This document shows, one piece after another, positions 25,791 to 38,134 of a DNA stretch of 64,000 nt. Position 1 is the first letter of the stretch. Each line of letters begins with the position of its first letter. Made by a program: the position numbers and the translations under genes. The notes beneath the pieces were generated by a model. The model was not told where the DNA came from. It made no database searches and saw only the letters and a program-made list of their open reading frames with translations. The stretch is from Hydrolagus affinis (taxonomy: Eukaryota), in NCBI GenBank assembly GCA_012026655.1, contig JAAILG010000463.1, positions 1 through 64,000 on the forward strand. Direction: 5' to 3'.

Positions 25791-27039
25791 ATCTGGCTGT
25801 ATCTTTCTTATTATTGTCTAGTGGAATCATATCCCTCAATTTTTTGTGTGTTGGGGAGAAAAACTGTTCTGCAATAAAGACTTGTTTTTGTTTTTTGAGG
25901 TTGCTTCGTTCCATGGTTACTAAACACTTTGATTCACACAAAAGCTCTGAATATATTATATTCGTCCTCTTGCATTCTCCTTCCTATGTCGCTTTGTTGT
26001 CGCAATTGTCTGCTATCAGAATGAACACTTCACTCACAAAATGTTGCTGCTATTCATTACTGTAGCTAAAGGAGCTAAAGTGTGCAAAAGGTATTTAACC
26101 CTACTTTAATTGTAACTCATAGTGCGTGTGTATAGTAGTGGTATTTAATGTAGGAAATGGTTGGTTGGCTTATTTTAGTCAGGTGTGCCCCTTAATAGTT
26201 GATTTTAATTGGTGTTTTAATCATTGTGTGCCGATGGATTACACCTTTGTTTAATTAACTGCGGAAAATGGGAGTTTGCGGTAATTACACCAGAAGTAAG
26301 GTTAACCTCGGAATAACCATACTACTGTCAGCCGTAAATGGGAAATAACATTACCACAGGATGGTTGTATGCATACAGTTGAAATATTCTGTGTAAATGT
26401 TCATCTCTCATCACAAATAGTCTGCAGTAAAAGCTGGTATCATTTTTATTTCATGCTGTCCAACATTATGTTTTGCTATTAGTTGAAAGTATAGATAAAT
26501 TGAGGCTTAGATGAACTGGGGTACTCTTAGTGATGCTCATGGATTACAAGAATAGTTCCTTACCAAATCCAGAGTGTCTAGAAGTAACACTGCCAACCTG
26601 TTTCGTGTTCTCTTTAGTAAATTTCAAATTCCATTGCGTGAAACGGAACAGACCATCTAACTATTTTGTTAGTTCGTAATTAAACTACGTCATTCCTTAG
26701 GTAATGTCAGCTCGATGACTTTATTAGCCTGAAAGCACTGTCCTCCACTCTCATCTTGAAGGGCATTTCTATTGATTAGGATCTCCATGCTCGCAGACAT
26801 TGAATTCAATCCTTATTTGTCAAGGTTTATGTGTGCACATTAAGTACAGTAAACTAACCACCAATGATAACTGAAAGATTCACATTTAAGAACTAGAGCC
26901 AAGTAGATAGTAGAGCAGATATGATGGGAGACAGACTAGGAACACCGCAGGTCAGTTGAATAAACTAAATAGCATGGATTCAAAGCTAAAGACATGCAGA
27001 ATTTAACATAGTCCAGTGAGGAACGTATATTACTGGTTA

Positions 27040-27700
27040 CAATCGTACTGTTCAATAATGGAGACCCCAAAATATATAACAATCCAAGTGTATTCAAGCG
27101 CACAGTTACCTCATCATGCTTAAGTCACAGTTGCAGACTTCAGTAACTGCATTAAAATAATTGTCAGGAAACTATATTTTCCTTGAAGAGTTACCTACAG
27201 AAGATCTCGCTGACAAATCTGCTTACTAAAATAAAACCTGCCTTTAAATAAAGTTTGGAAAGATGATGTTGAAAATCTTGGTACTGTTCCAGATGTTGCA
27301 AGCCACAATAATACAGAAGTCTCAGAAATGGTACAGAAGACCTTTCTTTGTGTTACAGATGGCAAAGGAGGGAAATACTTTCCCAAACAAATTTCCAGGG
27401 GTCTGATTTGCTTATTTTCCAGCTGATGATTTCAAGAAATGAAATCACAAATTTAGATAGTCCTGTGCCTTTGATAAAAAAATATAGCAATCTCCAATTA
27501 TAAAGCACAATACAGGATATCTTAGATTAAATCTCACTGTAAAACTCCAAGGTGGTCTCTGTCCTTGCGCATTTAGATTCTGCAGCTGGATACAGTACTT
27601 CCTTAAGTGATTAGGTATATTATATGTAGCTCCTGCAAGGACTTGATTGCTTTAATGTAGAGTGATATTCAAACACATTTGGTTTTCTGGGCTGATTTTG
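27040..27700 (+). mobile_element. Possible decayed Gypsy integrase remnant
   Basis: Fragments VWKDDVENL..DV, FPADDFKK, KVVS..DSA and YFLK*LGI occur in the order expected for integrase; very degenerate. Confidence 0.25.
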
Positions 27701-28104
27701 AATCTCTCAAACTTGGTTGTTCCAAGTCTAAATAATGAAGCTGAAAGTTGACAAAAGTTTCAGAATTACACAGCCAGCCGTAAGTGCCCCAAACGCGTCC
27801 TCCCTCCAAATCACCCTGAAACAATACTAGCAAAGGAACTGAAAAATAAATGAGTTGCCTGTGGGTACTTAAGAGGACATCAATGTTGTCTCTTCTGTTT
27901 TGCTTTTTCTCCCAGCAATACTGGAAAGAAAACAAGAGTAGACCAGAATATCACACCCAAGCAATAGTATCAGTGCTGCTCACTAGGTCTGAGCACAATT
28001 ACCAATTATTTCACATGAGAATAAAGGCAGAACAAGGCAATTGTTGTCATACATAATATTTTCTACATGTGTGGATAGGAAATGGGTGTAAACCCACAGG
28101 GTTT

Positions 28105-28340
28105 GTATGGTTTGTGTGAATGCCCCCAACTTCTGGAACTCCATCCTGCAGTCCCTCCTCCTCACCCACTCCCTGGCCTCCCTCAAGTCTGACTCAAGAC
28201 TCTCCTTTTCGACTGCCCCATTGGTCATCCCAAATCCTCCCCTTTCCCTCTACCCTCCCCGTCCCCAGCTCAGGTGTGAAACAATGACTGTCCTCCTGAC
28301 ATGAAAGGTGCTATACAAGTGTAATTTTGTTGTTTTTGTT
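28105..28340 (+). mobile_element. L2 LINE 3' end
   Basis: APNFWNSILQSLLLTHSLASLKSDSRLS (cf. L2 APxLWNSLPxxLRxxxSLxxFKxxLKT), C-rich UTR, stem-loop remnant and (GTT)n tail. Confidence 0.85.
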
Positions 28341-29732
28341 GGAATTGTAGCATTGTTTCCCTTTGGTGAATTATGCCGTAGCATATTCAGATGGGAAGAG
28401 CTGTGTGTTTTTTTTGCTAAACAAACCATCTATTTTTGTTACTGCCACTTGTAACACCATCAATAACTTGATTCCGAATCTCACACAATACTTCATCATT
28501 TATGTTGTCTGAAGCAAGTGTTTCACATGCAAAATGACCCAGCCTTAAAATGGGACACAATGCTTTATTTACATTGGTTAAATAAATGGGGAGATTAATA
28601 TCTCCTGTATTTACCCATACTTTGAGTTTCATAAAAGCATAAACTGTGATTGGCACTATACGTCTTTACCCTCATCATAGACTTTTTTCTTTCTTTCAAT
28701 CTGTTCACGTACATGCAAAGCTGAAAAACAGTAATCGGGTTGGAAGGTGTCTGCTGCAAGCCGTTTAGGAACAAAAGAAGATAGTCAGTTTTAAAGAGAC
28801 AAAAACTTCTACTGCAGGGATGAAGTCTCCAAGAACATGGTTACTTTAACTGCAAGAACATTGAATTAGACTTTCTTCTCTGTCCTCGACCTTCCACTTT
28901 TGAATGGACTGAATAAAGTATCATTCAATTTTGTGTGGTTATTGAGTCTGCATAAGGACTTGGCTGAGATTTGAACCAGAGTCAGGTGAAATCCAATGAG
29001 TGCTGTTGGCCCTGGGTTTGTGACAAAGGTTCTTACTGATGTAATTTTGATCTCAACTTGTCCCATAAAATATTTCTCCTTTCCTGCATGTGCAGTATTT
29101 GTACAGTAAACACTTTCCATATTGCCCCAATGTTGATGCTATTTTCTTTTGATGTCTTCCTTTCCTATCATGTATTCCATCCGTCATCACATTTTCTCCT
29201 TGAAAACCATACATTCCTCATGTAACAGAAGCACATCAGAGCCCCCTCCACACCGCAGGCAAAACATTGCCATGCCAACACAGCAAGGAAAGATCTATGA
29301 AGTTCCATTTGGTGGATTCATTGAAAGATATTTAACTGTTATTAAAAATAATCTGTGCTAAAATGGTTCTTTAATCAGACTACAACAAGCGGTATTTATT
29401 TAATTATTTAGAAGATGAAATTGTGAACATTAAATGGATTTTGCTTCAATGAAAGTGGAAGAATCTATTCAGTGCTAACAGTTTGGCAATTTTATTGCTC
29501 CTTATTCTAATAATTACATGAAAGGGTTCAGAAGGGTGAGCTGAAAGCAAAAAATAATCAAGTTTGTTTGAATAAGCAGAGAACATGACAAGTGTTCATA
29601 TAATTTTGGTCACCAAAATGGGTAACAAGTGGCTTTGAACTGCATAGTAAAGTGAGAAAAGAAAACAAATAACAATCTTAATTTCTTCCAGTGGATAAGT
29701 GGAACAGAAGAAGAGAGACATGAGAGTTTGTG

Positions 29733-30092
29733 GAAACCTGTAGCTCAGTGAGCACTCAACTCAGAAGCAAGAGACCTGGGTTTGATTCCTGGCAGGGTGA
29801 AACATTGGGCAAGTTTCCTTACTTCACACGCCTCTGCTTACCTAATAGTAAGTAGGAACCTTCTTGTTCGATTGGTGGATCACTTTTCCAGGGGTGGTAA
29901 TTCCTTCAAAAATAAATAAATAATAAATTGGTCAATTCAGTCCATGATTGTGGGACACTGCTGTGCAAAATTGGCTGCTGCATTTCACCCATAAAATATA
30001 CAGTTAATTACTTTACCGTATATTCTGTGAAGTATGTTAAGATGTCTAGAAGATGTGAAAAATTCTATATCAAATGCAAGGACTATTATTAT
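29733..30092 (+). mobile_element. Near full-length tRNA-derived SINE (~360 bp)
   Basis: A box (gtagctcagtg), B box (gggtttgattcc), central ttgggcaagtttccttacttcacacgcctctgcttacctaatagtaagtaggaacc, Deu-like gtgggacactgctgtgcaaaattggctgctgc, L2 tail and (TAT)n. Confidence 0.9.
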
Positions 30093-30245
30093 GGTAGAAT
30101 ATAAGGTGGAAGAAAAGGAATGGGTATAAGGAAATAGCATGAATAAATAGAGGTAGTCAAGGAGGTAGATGAAGTGGCAAGGATAGTTGACATGAAAGGC
30201 AGCTGCAAAGAAGGTGATAATGATAATGAGGCATAAAACATGATA

Positions 30246-30319
30246 CAACAACAACAACAACAACAACAAATTACATTTATAGAGCGCCTTTCACGTCGGG
30301 AGGATGTCCCAAGGCGCTG
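30246..30319 (-). mobile_element. L2-type 3' tail only
   Basis: Nearly identical to 704-772; gaggcata occurs on both flanks (possible degenerate TSD). Confidence 0.85.
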
Positions 30320-30407
30320 CACAGGAGGCATACACATAACTACTTGTTGGCGATCAAATACAGTTGATATCAACCTACAGGAACTCATTTCAGGTATGAT
30401 CTATTTA

Positions 30408-30452
30408 GGAACCTAGGAAAATAGGAACTGGAGAAGGCTGTTCAGCCCATTT
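30408..30452 (-). mobile_element. CR1 extreme 3' end
   Basis: ggaacctaggaaaataggaactggagaaggctgttcagccc resembles the antisense CR1 terminus. Confidence 0.55.
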
Positions 30453-30664
30453 ATTAGAGTTTGGCAGAACTTTTAATTTTAAAAAAACCCTGCTCTTTCG
30501 CCATGCTCCTAATTTCCTCCCTAATATGCAATAAAATACCTTGGGAGACAAAAAGGAGAGAAAAACAGTGCATCCACTCTAACTTGCATTGATACACACT
30601 GCATTAAGTTCTGGGACATGCTAAATGAACTATAAATGTAATTTTGTTGTTGTTGCTGTTGTTG

Positions 30665-31330
30665 ATATAGTGTGAAGTGCCCTTCACATAACATGTCTCA
30701 GAGTGCTTCACAATGACAGTCAGAGCCTGAGGAAGGAAGAGAAGGGGGAGGTAGCCATAGGTACAGTCAAATCAGTAAGTTTCTTAGATATTTAAAGACA
30801 GGGAAGAGACAGAGGGGGAGAGGGAAGGGTTACGGAGGTTAGAAGTGCAGCTGCTGAAGGCTCAGTAGTGGCAATAGTGGCAAAGAGGGGGTAGGAAATC
30901 TGCGTTAGCCAAAACGAGGGAAAAAGTAGAGCACAGAGAGATGTCACAGAGATAGGGAGGTGTTGGGTTATTAAGGACTTTAATGGTGGGGATGAGGCCA
31001 TTGAAGCTGATCCACTGGGAGACACAGAGATAGTGGAGAGGACTGAGTTTCGTGGAGTTGAGGATGTGGGCAGCAAAAATTGGGATTAGCTGGTGTTTAC
31101 AGATGATGGAACTGAGAATAGCAAGAATGAATCAGAAAAGTTCAGATTGGTGGGAAGCTGTAACAAAGGGATAAATAAAGGTTCCTTGGCAAACAAATAG
31201 CAGTAGAGTTAGGCAACAAAATGGTGATGAAGAAGAGCAATCACAATCAGGGACTGAATATAAGGCAGGAAAGAGAGTTAAGGATTGAACTGAACAATAG
31301 TGCAACAAAAGAAGAGAGAATTGATTTGGA
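30665..31330 (-). mobile_element. L2 LINE 3' fragment, adjacent to a plus-strand (GTT)n tail at 30630-30664
   Basis: Purine-rich plus strand; the minus-strand ORF at 30792-31076 is the low-complexity S/P/L-rich reading expected of a decayed L2 3' end; starts at an antisense stem-loop remnant. Confidence 0.65.
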
Positions 31331-31525
31331 AGGTCTAATAGAAAAAGGCATTGTGATGATTTAATTTGGTAACTGGGGAATCATCCACAGCAGATGAGCT
31401 TGGCTTCTGCTCAATGAGTGTCATGAAAACCCTGTTGAAGAATTGGGGGAAATTATGCTTAGGCAAAGTAGAAATTGGAGACAATAGCCTTGTAAAGCGC
31501 TTCATAGAACTCAGGTACTCATTGA

Positions 31526-31718
31526 ACCTGTCCTAAAAGCACCTATCAGCTTCTCTAGATGGCTGGGAATTGTTTTCACAACAGTAAGTGACATTGCTGA
31601 AAACGCGTGAGAATTTATGAGCGATATTGAAAGAGCCTGAGGTGTCCTTTATGCTGGTCCTGGGGGAGAGCAATTTACATATGAAACAGCAGCCATAAAG
31701 GTGTTTGCTCATAGGTTA
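31526..31718 (-). promoter_or_regulatory. Duplicated promoter/first-exon-like unit, copy 1
   Basis: Core 31589-31718 aligns without gaps to 33197-33326 (22 mismatches in 130 bp by manual count); minus strand has ATGTAAAT (31673-31680), CATAAAG (31647-31653) and AG|GTGCTT at 31543/31542. The duplication is directly seen; the promoter role is inferred. Confidence 0.4.
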
Positions 31719-31980
31719 AATGAGCAATGCATTTCTAAAAGCACATTGCCTACATTAGGTCTCGAAACACGTACTATGTACATTTGGACAACCAATGTGA
31801 CTTATTTATTCCACCCAATAAAGGCTACATTATGCACCAGTAGATTATTAAAAAATATACATGTTAATATTTTAGTTACTTTCGAATCTAGTAACGAAGT
31901 TATTACTATCAATTGAACCTGCATTCAAATGATACTAGCTGGAATCAACTGTGTGCAGAAGATCACTTGTAAGTTACTTT

Positions 31981-32140
31981 TATTAATAATAATCCTTGCA
32001 TTTGATATAGTGTCTTATCACGTCGCTGAAACACCTCAAAGTACTTCACAGAATATACTGTGAAATGGATTGACTTTGTATTTTGTGTATGAAATTTGTG
32101 TATTTTGGCAGCCAATTGTGCACAGCAATGCCCACAAAAT
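31981..32140 (-). mobile_element. SINE 3' half
   Basis: taataataatccttgcatttgatatag...ggcagccaattgtgcacagcaatgcccaca is the antisense of the SINE. Confidence 0.85.
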
Positions 32141-33136
32141 GTTTTGCAGATCATGAGCTTCATATTCTTATTCCCATTGAGATCATTTCTTAACTGTTGG
32201 AATTTCTCAAGTGACTGTACTGAAAATGATCTAATGAAGATAGTCTCTTATATCAAAGAGATCTTAGTTTTGGGGGGGGGGGAGGGGCATTCAAAGCAAG
32301 TTGCTTTTCAAGCTGACCCGCTTCATTGCCTTAGCTCAATGCTCGTATTTTGAGATCTTGGATCATTCACCTAGGTTTCTTCAAACATTTTTGTCACTGG
32401 GCTCTCAATCTGCTATTCTGTCAGGTATACATTTATCAGATGTCAAGTCAACTTGAACAAAGAAAGGTCCAATACCTTTCTTAAAATCTTTTGTTGCAAG
32501 ATTGACCTGTCAAATCCATCAATTGTTCAAAAACTATGAAGAATCCCAATGTACTTTATTTTCAGATTGTGCTATCAGTATTGCCCTGATTTGAATATTT
32601 TGTTCCTTGGAATTGTGGTGCACAAATGCACCACTTTGAACTTGCTGAGCATAATACGTTTGTACTTGCACTGCCCCACCCCAGCCATCAATCACTTACA
32701 AGCTGTTTCAGTGTTTCACATCAACATTTTCAATTGGCTCGAGCAGTCTCAGTTGGCTGACTGCTAGTGTTAGGAATGGTAACAAATTGTGTCCTAAATG
32801 CCCGTTAATCCCCAAATGGCCAGCTTCTCATATCACCATGAGAAGTTGCCAATAGAGGACAAATACTTCCCCACAGGAAGAAGAAAAGATAGCAGGAGGA
32901 CTTTAAAGTGACAGAGCTTAGTTGACTTTCCACTTCACTTGCCCTGTGGTCTCTGGCATAGACTTAGGCATTATTTCATAAATTTCTCTTGCCAGAAAAA
33001 GGGAACAGAAGTGTGGTTGTGAATCTCAACTCTGGCAATTGTGTCACAGTTGGAGAAATGCATTGACCATCAAGTTTATCAAGGGCTTCAGGTATAGGGG
33101 CAGTGGGTCACAAATGGCCCCTGTGTGATATTATTG

Positions 33137-33326
33137 CCTGTACTGAGCTCACCTAATCTAATGTAGATGGCTGGTATATTTTTGTACTGCATTAAATGAC
33201 ATTGCTCAAAAAGCATGAGAATGTATGAGTGATATGGAAAGAGCCCGAGGTGCCTTTTATGTTTATCCCTGGGGAGACTCATTTGCATATGAAACAGCAG
33301 GCATGAAGGTGTGTGCTTATAGGTTA
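33137..33326 (-). promoter_or_regulatory. Duplicated promoter/first-exon-like unit, copy 2
   Basis: Minus strand: perfect octamer ATGCAAAT (33281-33288), GATAAA, CATAAAA (33255-33261), TCACTC Inr-like with its A at 33230 (31 bp from the box), and donor-like AG|GTGAGC at 33153/33152. Confidence 0.45.
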
Positions 33327-34049
33327 GAAATGCAATAAACTAGAGATGCACTCAAAAGCTCTATACAGCACAGATGCTGCATTAAGTTGTAGGACATGCC
33401 AACTGAACTGCAGTGCGAGTGTCTGATCAAATAAGCTGCAGAGTAATATCTGCCATTCAATGTTCTACAATATTAGGATATGTGTTAATTACTAACAAGG
33501 AGATTACTTCCAGCTTGTGAGAACCTGCAGCACAAAAATCGGGTAGGTCAATCATGCGGAGTATTGAGGGGATACAAGTCAGGGATACAACCTGAATTTT
33601 CAGGTGTCCAAGATCGAAAAATACTCAGTAAAAACTACAGAATTTATATTTTCTTCTCCCCCATAAAAAGATTTGCTGTGTGCACCCACAGTTGTCTGAA
33701 CCATTAGAAACAATAAAATCCCAAATATCCTTTAGACTAGTTTGCAGTTTACTGTATTGATGTTTTGCCTTTGATTTCTTGGTCTTCAGGACTTTACTAT
33801 GCTTTACTTAGTTGACGTGCCTTGTTAATGAAAAAGAACAAAAGTGATGGGTGTGAGATCCAATAATGACGGAATGTTGCTCTTATTCTTCCTCAAGGAG
33901 ATGGTAGTTATAATGTCAATATGAAAATACAAAGATAATGTACATGATAAATGGTGGCATTTTTATTTCTTAGAAGAAATCTGCCTAAATATCACGTTTA
34001 GCCAACTTTGGTATGTTCACTTCTTTGGAATATATTATATTGCAGGCTG

Positions 34050-34212
34050 TCTATGTGACATTGCCATGTGCAAACTGGCTGCTGTGTTTCATCCATAAAA
34101 TACACAGTCAATCTACTTTACAGTACTGTATATCCTATGAAATGCTTTGAGATGCTTCAACGACATGATAAAGTGCTGTATCAAATGCAAAGTTAATTAT
34201 TATTATTATAAT
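34050..34212 (+). mobile_element. SINE 3' half carrying a 5-bp CTGTA insertion
   Basis: Aligns to 23550-23711; reads cagta-ctgta-tatcc where the other copies read cagta-tattc. Confidence 0.85.
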
Positions 34213-34619
34213 ACTCTTGGAAGCTTGTGTATATTGCTTTCCTGTGAATTTTTCAAATGCAGTGGAGTGCAAATATGTATCCAATAATTTTTTGAGATGC
34301 TGATTATGAAATAATAGTGTAAACAACATTTGTTCTACAAAATTAAAAGCATATCCTCTGTGGTTCAGATCTGATCACAGAAGCCCTAGAGAGAGATCTT
34401 TGGAAGGAAAATTATATTCCCTTTTGTTGCATTACGCACTATTTCCTTTGCGAAGTTGATATTAGTTTCAGCAAATGAGTAGGACAGAAAAGCCATAGAG
34501 AGGGGAAAAAACATAAAAATCTTTACTTTGGAGGATCCTCATTTGATTTGACCTTCCAAGACTTCTTGACACTCCTCTAGCTCTGCCACTTCACATTGTT
34601 CTATTTCTATTTTTTTATT

Positions 34620-34679
34620 ACTTGGGACGTCCCCCAGACATGAAAGGCGCCATATAAATGTAATTTTGTTGTTGTTGTT
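34620..34679 (+). mobile_element. L2-type 3' tail only
   Basis: cttgggacgtcccccagacatgaaaggcgccatataaatgtaattttgttgttgttgtt; ctatttcta occurs on both flanks. Confidence 0.8.
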
Positions 34680-35187
34680 ACTATTTCTAGAGGGACGATG
34701 ATTACTCTTGTGGCATTATTTACCTAGTATTTACTGTTCTGTTGCAGTAGAAAAGTAGAATAAAATCCAATTTCAGCAAAATATCAGTTGAGAAGTCAAA
34801 CCACAAAAAGGGTGGAGTTTAGTTGGCTTCATGTTGTTACCGTGCAAAAATATTAATATTGAATTCCTGTTCCATGTTCAAGTTACAATCCCACTGAGTT
34901 TTGCAATGGTTTTCCAAATGGAACTTTATAAACAGCTTCCAACTGAGTTATTTGACGGAGTCATAATTTTCTTGATTGTAAATTAGCAATTGACAGTAGC
35001 TAACCCTACAATATGTTTTTCTCATTCTTTCTTCTTCATGTGAATTGTATGAAATACACTTTGCTTGTTGTAACTAAAGATTATGTTTCAAGGAATTAGC
35101 AGGCAATATCGGAATGGTTTCCATTTGTTCTGCTACTGCTACGTGGGTACACCATGGTTCCATTTTCTGGTAGTTTAGCATCAAGTA

Positions 35188-35408
35188 CAGTAAAAGCCCA
35201 TTTATCCGGTACTCTCAGGACTTGGCCAATGCCGGTTAAAGCGTGTGCCGGATATTCGGTCGAAAACACACACAAAGAAAAAATTCAAGAAAAAATAGTA
35301 CATTTTGCCGGATAAATTCCGGTTAATCGAATAGGGACCTTTTTTTTTGCAGGGCCGGTTATACGGAAGTTACGGTTGATTGGGTCACGGATAAACGGGC
35401 TTTTACTG
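35188..35408. mobile_element. Tc1/mariner-pogo (Tigger-like) MITE, 221 bp
   Basis: 21-bp TIRs cagtaaaagcccatttatccg / cggataaacgggcttttactg (one mismatch); TA on both sides (35186-35187, 35409-35410); internal ccgg(t/a)ta repeats; CpG-rich. Confidence 0.92.
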
Positions 35409-37778
35409 TATACATTTTCCTACGCAACTACAGATAAACTCATTCACCATTTTGTGGCAGTATATGTGTGACTCCAATGGTGGTATATTTTAAATGGGAA
35501 TTTTTTACCCTCTAGATCAGAATGGAGGATCTACCTTCCATGTGGCAGTACATTTATTACACTTTGGATTTCCAATTCAAATTTATTCCATAGTTCATCA
35601 TTGCTGCCATACTTGAGAGGTAGTTAGTCTGACTAGTAAAATCAAAAGACGTTTCTCCCTCCCTCCCTATTACTATCTAGACAGACAAATTGTTCACTGA
35701 TTACATTCAGCTCTAATATCTAATTGGACTCTGGAAATGCTTTTACAACTTTCTTTCCGAAGTATCTTTCATCATCCATCAGTTATTCGTTAATGATATT
35801 TACCAGATATTGGTACATTTGACATAGTCTTGTCTATCAAATATCATTGTACTGTATGCTGACACATTTATATTTAACCAGTAAAGACTGACAGAGGGCT
35901 GGTTGCCAATGGATATAATAGTTATGTAAACGGAAGACATGACTGATTAACATATATGGTAGAAGTCATACATGTATAGTAACACTAGAGTATAGAATAG
36001 TATAAATATTTATGCCAAGGACGCAGTCTTTTCCATTTACTTCACTGCTCAAGTTCTGGTCTGTACAATAAAATGTTGGAATAGTGTTTTCACTTAAAAT
36101 CAAATGATATAAACACAAATGAGAGACTTGGCAAGCAGGATTACTTGTGTGCTGTGGTGTGATGTGGTTGGGTTGATCTGCTCAGGCAAAGTTTATATTA
36201 ATTCACTGGGACAAGGTCATGTTGTGGGTATCTGAAAGGCTTTTATGAACCTGTAAGAAAAACTTTTTTAGACAGACAACACATCTACTGTATTCTGATA
36301 GCAACAGGAATGAGTAGAAGTGAAACTCGTGAGGATGAAGATGTTTTGTGAAGAAATTGAAGAGATTGCAGAAGAATAGAAATTAAACTTGTTTTAAAAA
36401 AAACAGAATATAATTGTGTGAACATTATTATGCATCATGAAGGCACTAATGAATATCAATGTTTTGATGGGATTCATACCAACACTTTCAATATTTGAAC
36501 TGCTAAATTATATCTAACAAGTGTTATGTGATGACTCTAGAGATCAGAACCAAGGTGTAAAAATATTTAATTGAAGGAATATTATTTAGATTTTTAAGTG
36601 CACTAGAGTATTTTTAATCAGTAGGAACATAATTTGCTATAACCTGAACTATCCTGTTTAACTGTTAGAAAAACAATAACCCTTTGAGTGTAATAAAAGC
36701 ATTTATATTGAAAAACAACGCTTTGGTATAGATGATCAAAGCTGTTCTCAGCATTTCCCAGATTGTCATTGTCATAAAAATCTGTTTTTGTATTACAAAC
36801 ATGCTTATTTCATTTGATGCCATTTGCCACAAACCAACAATCTAGGTCTGTCGTTGAAATTATCTTCTTCTGCCTGAAAATTTTGTTTCTGTTTTAGAAA
36901 ATTTGCCATTGATCCTTCTCTTTAAAAATTGTTACACTATTTAAAATTAGTTTCTTGAAATTAGCTATAATTTGAAATAAAGTTATTTTACTATTGTCTA
37001 AGCCACCATACATTTTTGTTGTTATTAGGCACAGGTTAGGAAGTGGCTAACTGCCTAATCTGTTTAAAGCTGTATAATGTAACGTAATCATCTGTTAAAT
37101 CTATTTGCAAAGCAATATATCTTTAAACGCACAATGTATGTATTGTGAACCACAATTTCCACATTCCAAGTAGTTATAATTTGTACTAGAATAATAGAAT
37201 AGAACTGATTCTCTGTGTTTAAAGTTTTTGTAACATGAGATAAATATTCTCCACAGTGAGATTTTTTTTAAAGTTAAATCTCAGTAATGTGCAAGTGAAA
37301 AATAAAAGCTTTATCACTGAAGAGAATTTATCTTTCTGAATCATTGAGAATGAAACAGATATTGGATGAAAGTTTAGAATGCAATGTATAATCTGACCGA
37401 ACCAGACTGTGCACTGATTTAATCTTGACACTGCTATAAAAAATGACACATTTATTGTCTGCAATATGTATTCATCAATTCTGTACATATTTATGTTGTG
37501 CCCAAAAAAAAATCACATTTTTAAAACTGTTCTGTGCTCACAGAAATAAACGTCACTTTTGCCAAAGAATATAAAATATAACATTTCTGTCTGGTCGCCA
37601 TTCAGAAATAATATGAGGCTGCTCAAGTTTGAGGCATGGCTAACATTATTTCAGTAGCACGAGTCCTGTCTCAGAACACATCCTTTATAGTGGCTGTAGT
37701 ATCAAACAGGTTACAGGGTTGTGCTAACATATATTATTTACCCCAGTCCAGGAGCCAAAGACCACCGAGGGAGTACAT

Positions 37779-37840
37779 GAGAACCTAAGAATTTGCTAGG
37801 TGAAAGAAGACCAAGGTCCATACAGTTCACCACCTTCCAC
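37779..37840 (-). mobile_element. CR1 extreme 3' end
   Basis: gagaacctaagaatttgc...aagaccaaggtccatacagttcacc resembles an antisense CR1 terminus. Confidence 0.5.
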
Positions 37841-38134
37841 TATGATATGTTATGTCCCAAAGTATATGTTGTATCCTGAGATATTATTTCCTAGCAGAAA
37901 TCTATCTAATACCTGAAACTATCTCCTGCAGAGTAGGAAGGATTTGGAGCGAATGGGCATAATACTGTATGAGATGCAGAATGTTGTTTGTGCTACTAAA
38001 CTGCTCAAGGTCATTGCTCTTCTTGGCTGATTTGGATTAGGAGGCTGCTCAGTGTAGAAGAAAGCAATGTGTCTGATCCTCACTGTTAGGGCAACCAGTT
38101 CTTAAGAACAGCTAGACCAGCTGGGGCTCTTCAG

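Noticed and set aside
27423-27448. CTGATGA...GAAA second hammerhead-like core
   Set aside because: Stem II lacks the required closing pair, and no stem I or III is evident
29733-29800. tRNA gene
   Set aside because: A and B boxes are present but there is no cloverleaf, and the sequence continues directly into the SINE body
31490-33290. Immunoglobulin V promoter and leader exon interpretation of the duplicated unit
   Set aside because: Peptides after the ATG (MSLTVVKTIPSHLEKLI; MSFNAVQKYTSHLH*) are not signal peptides, and no V exon or RSS is seen nearby
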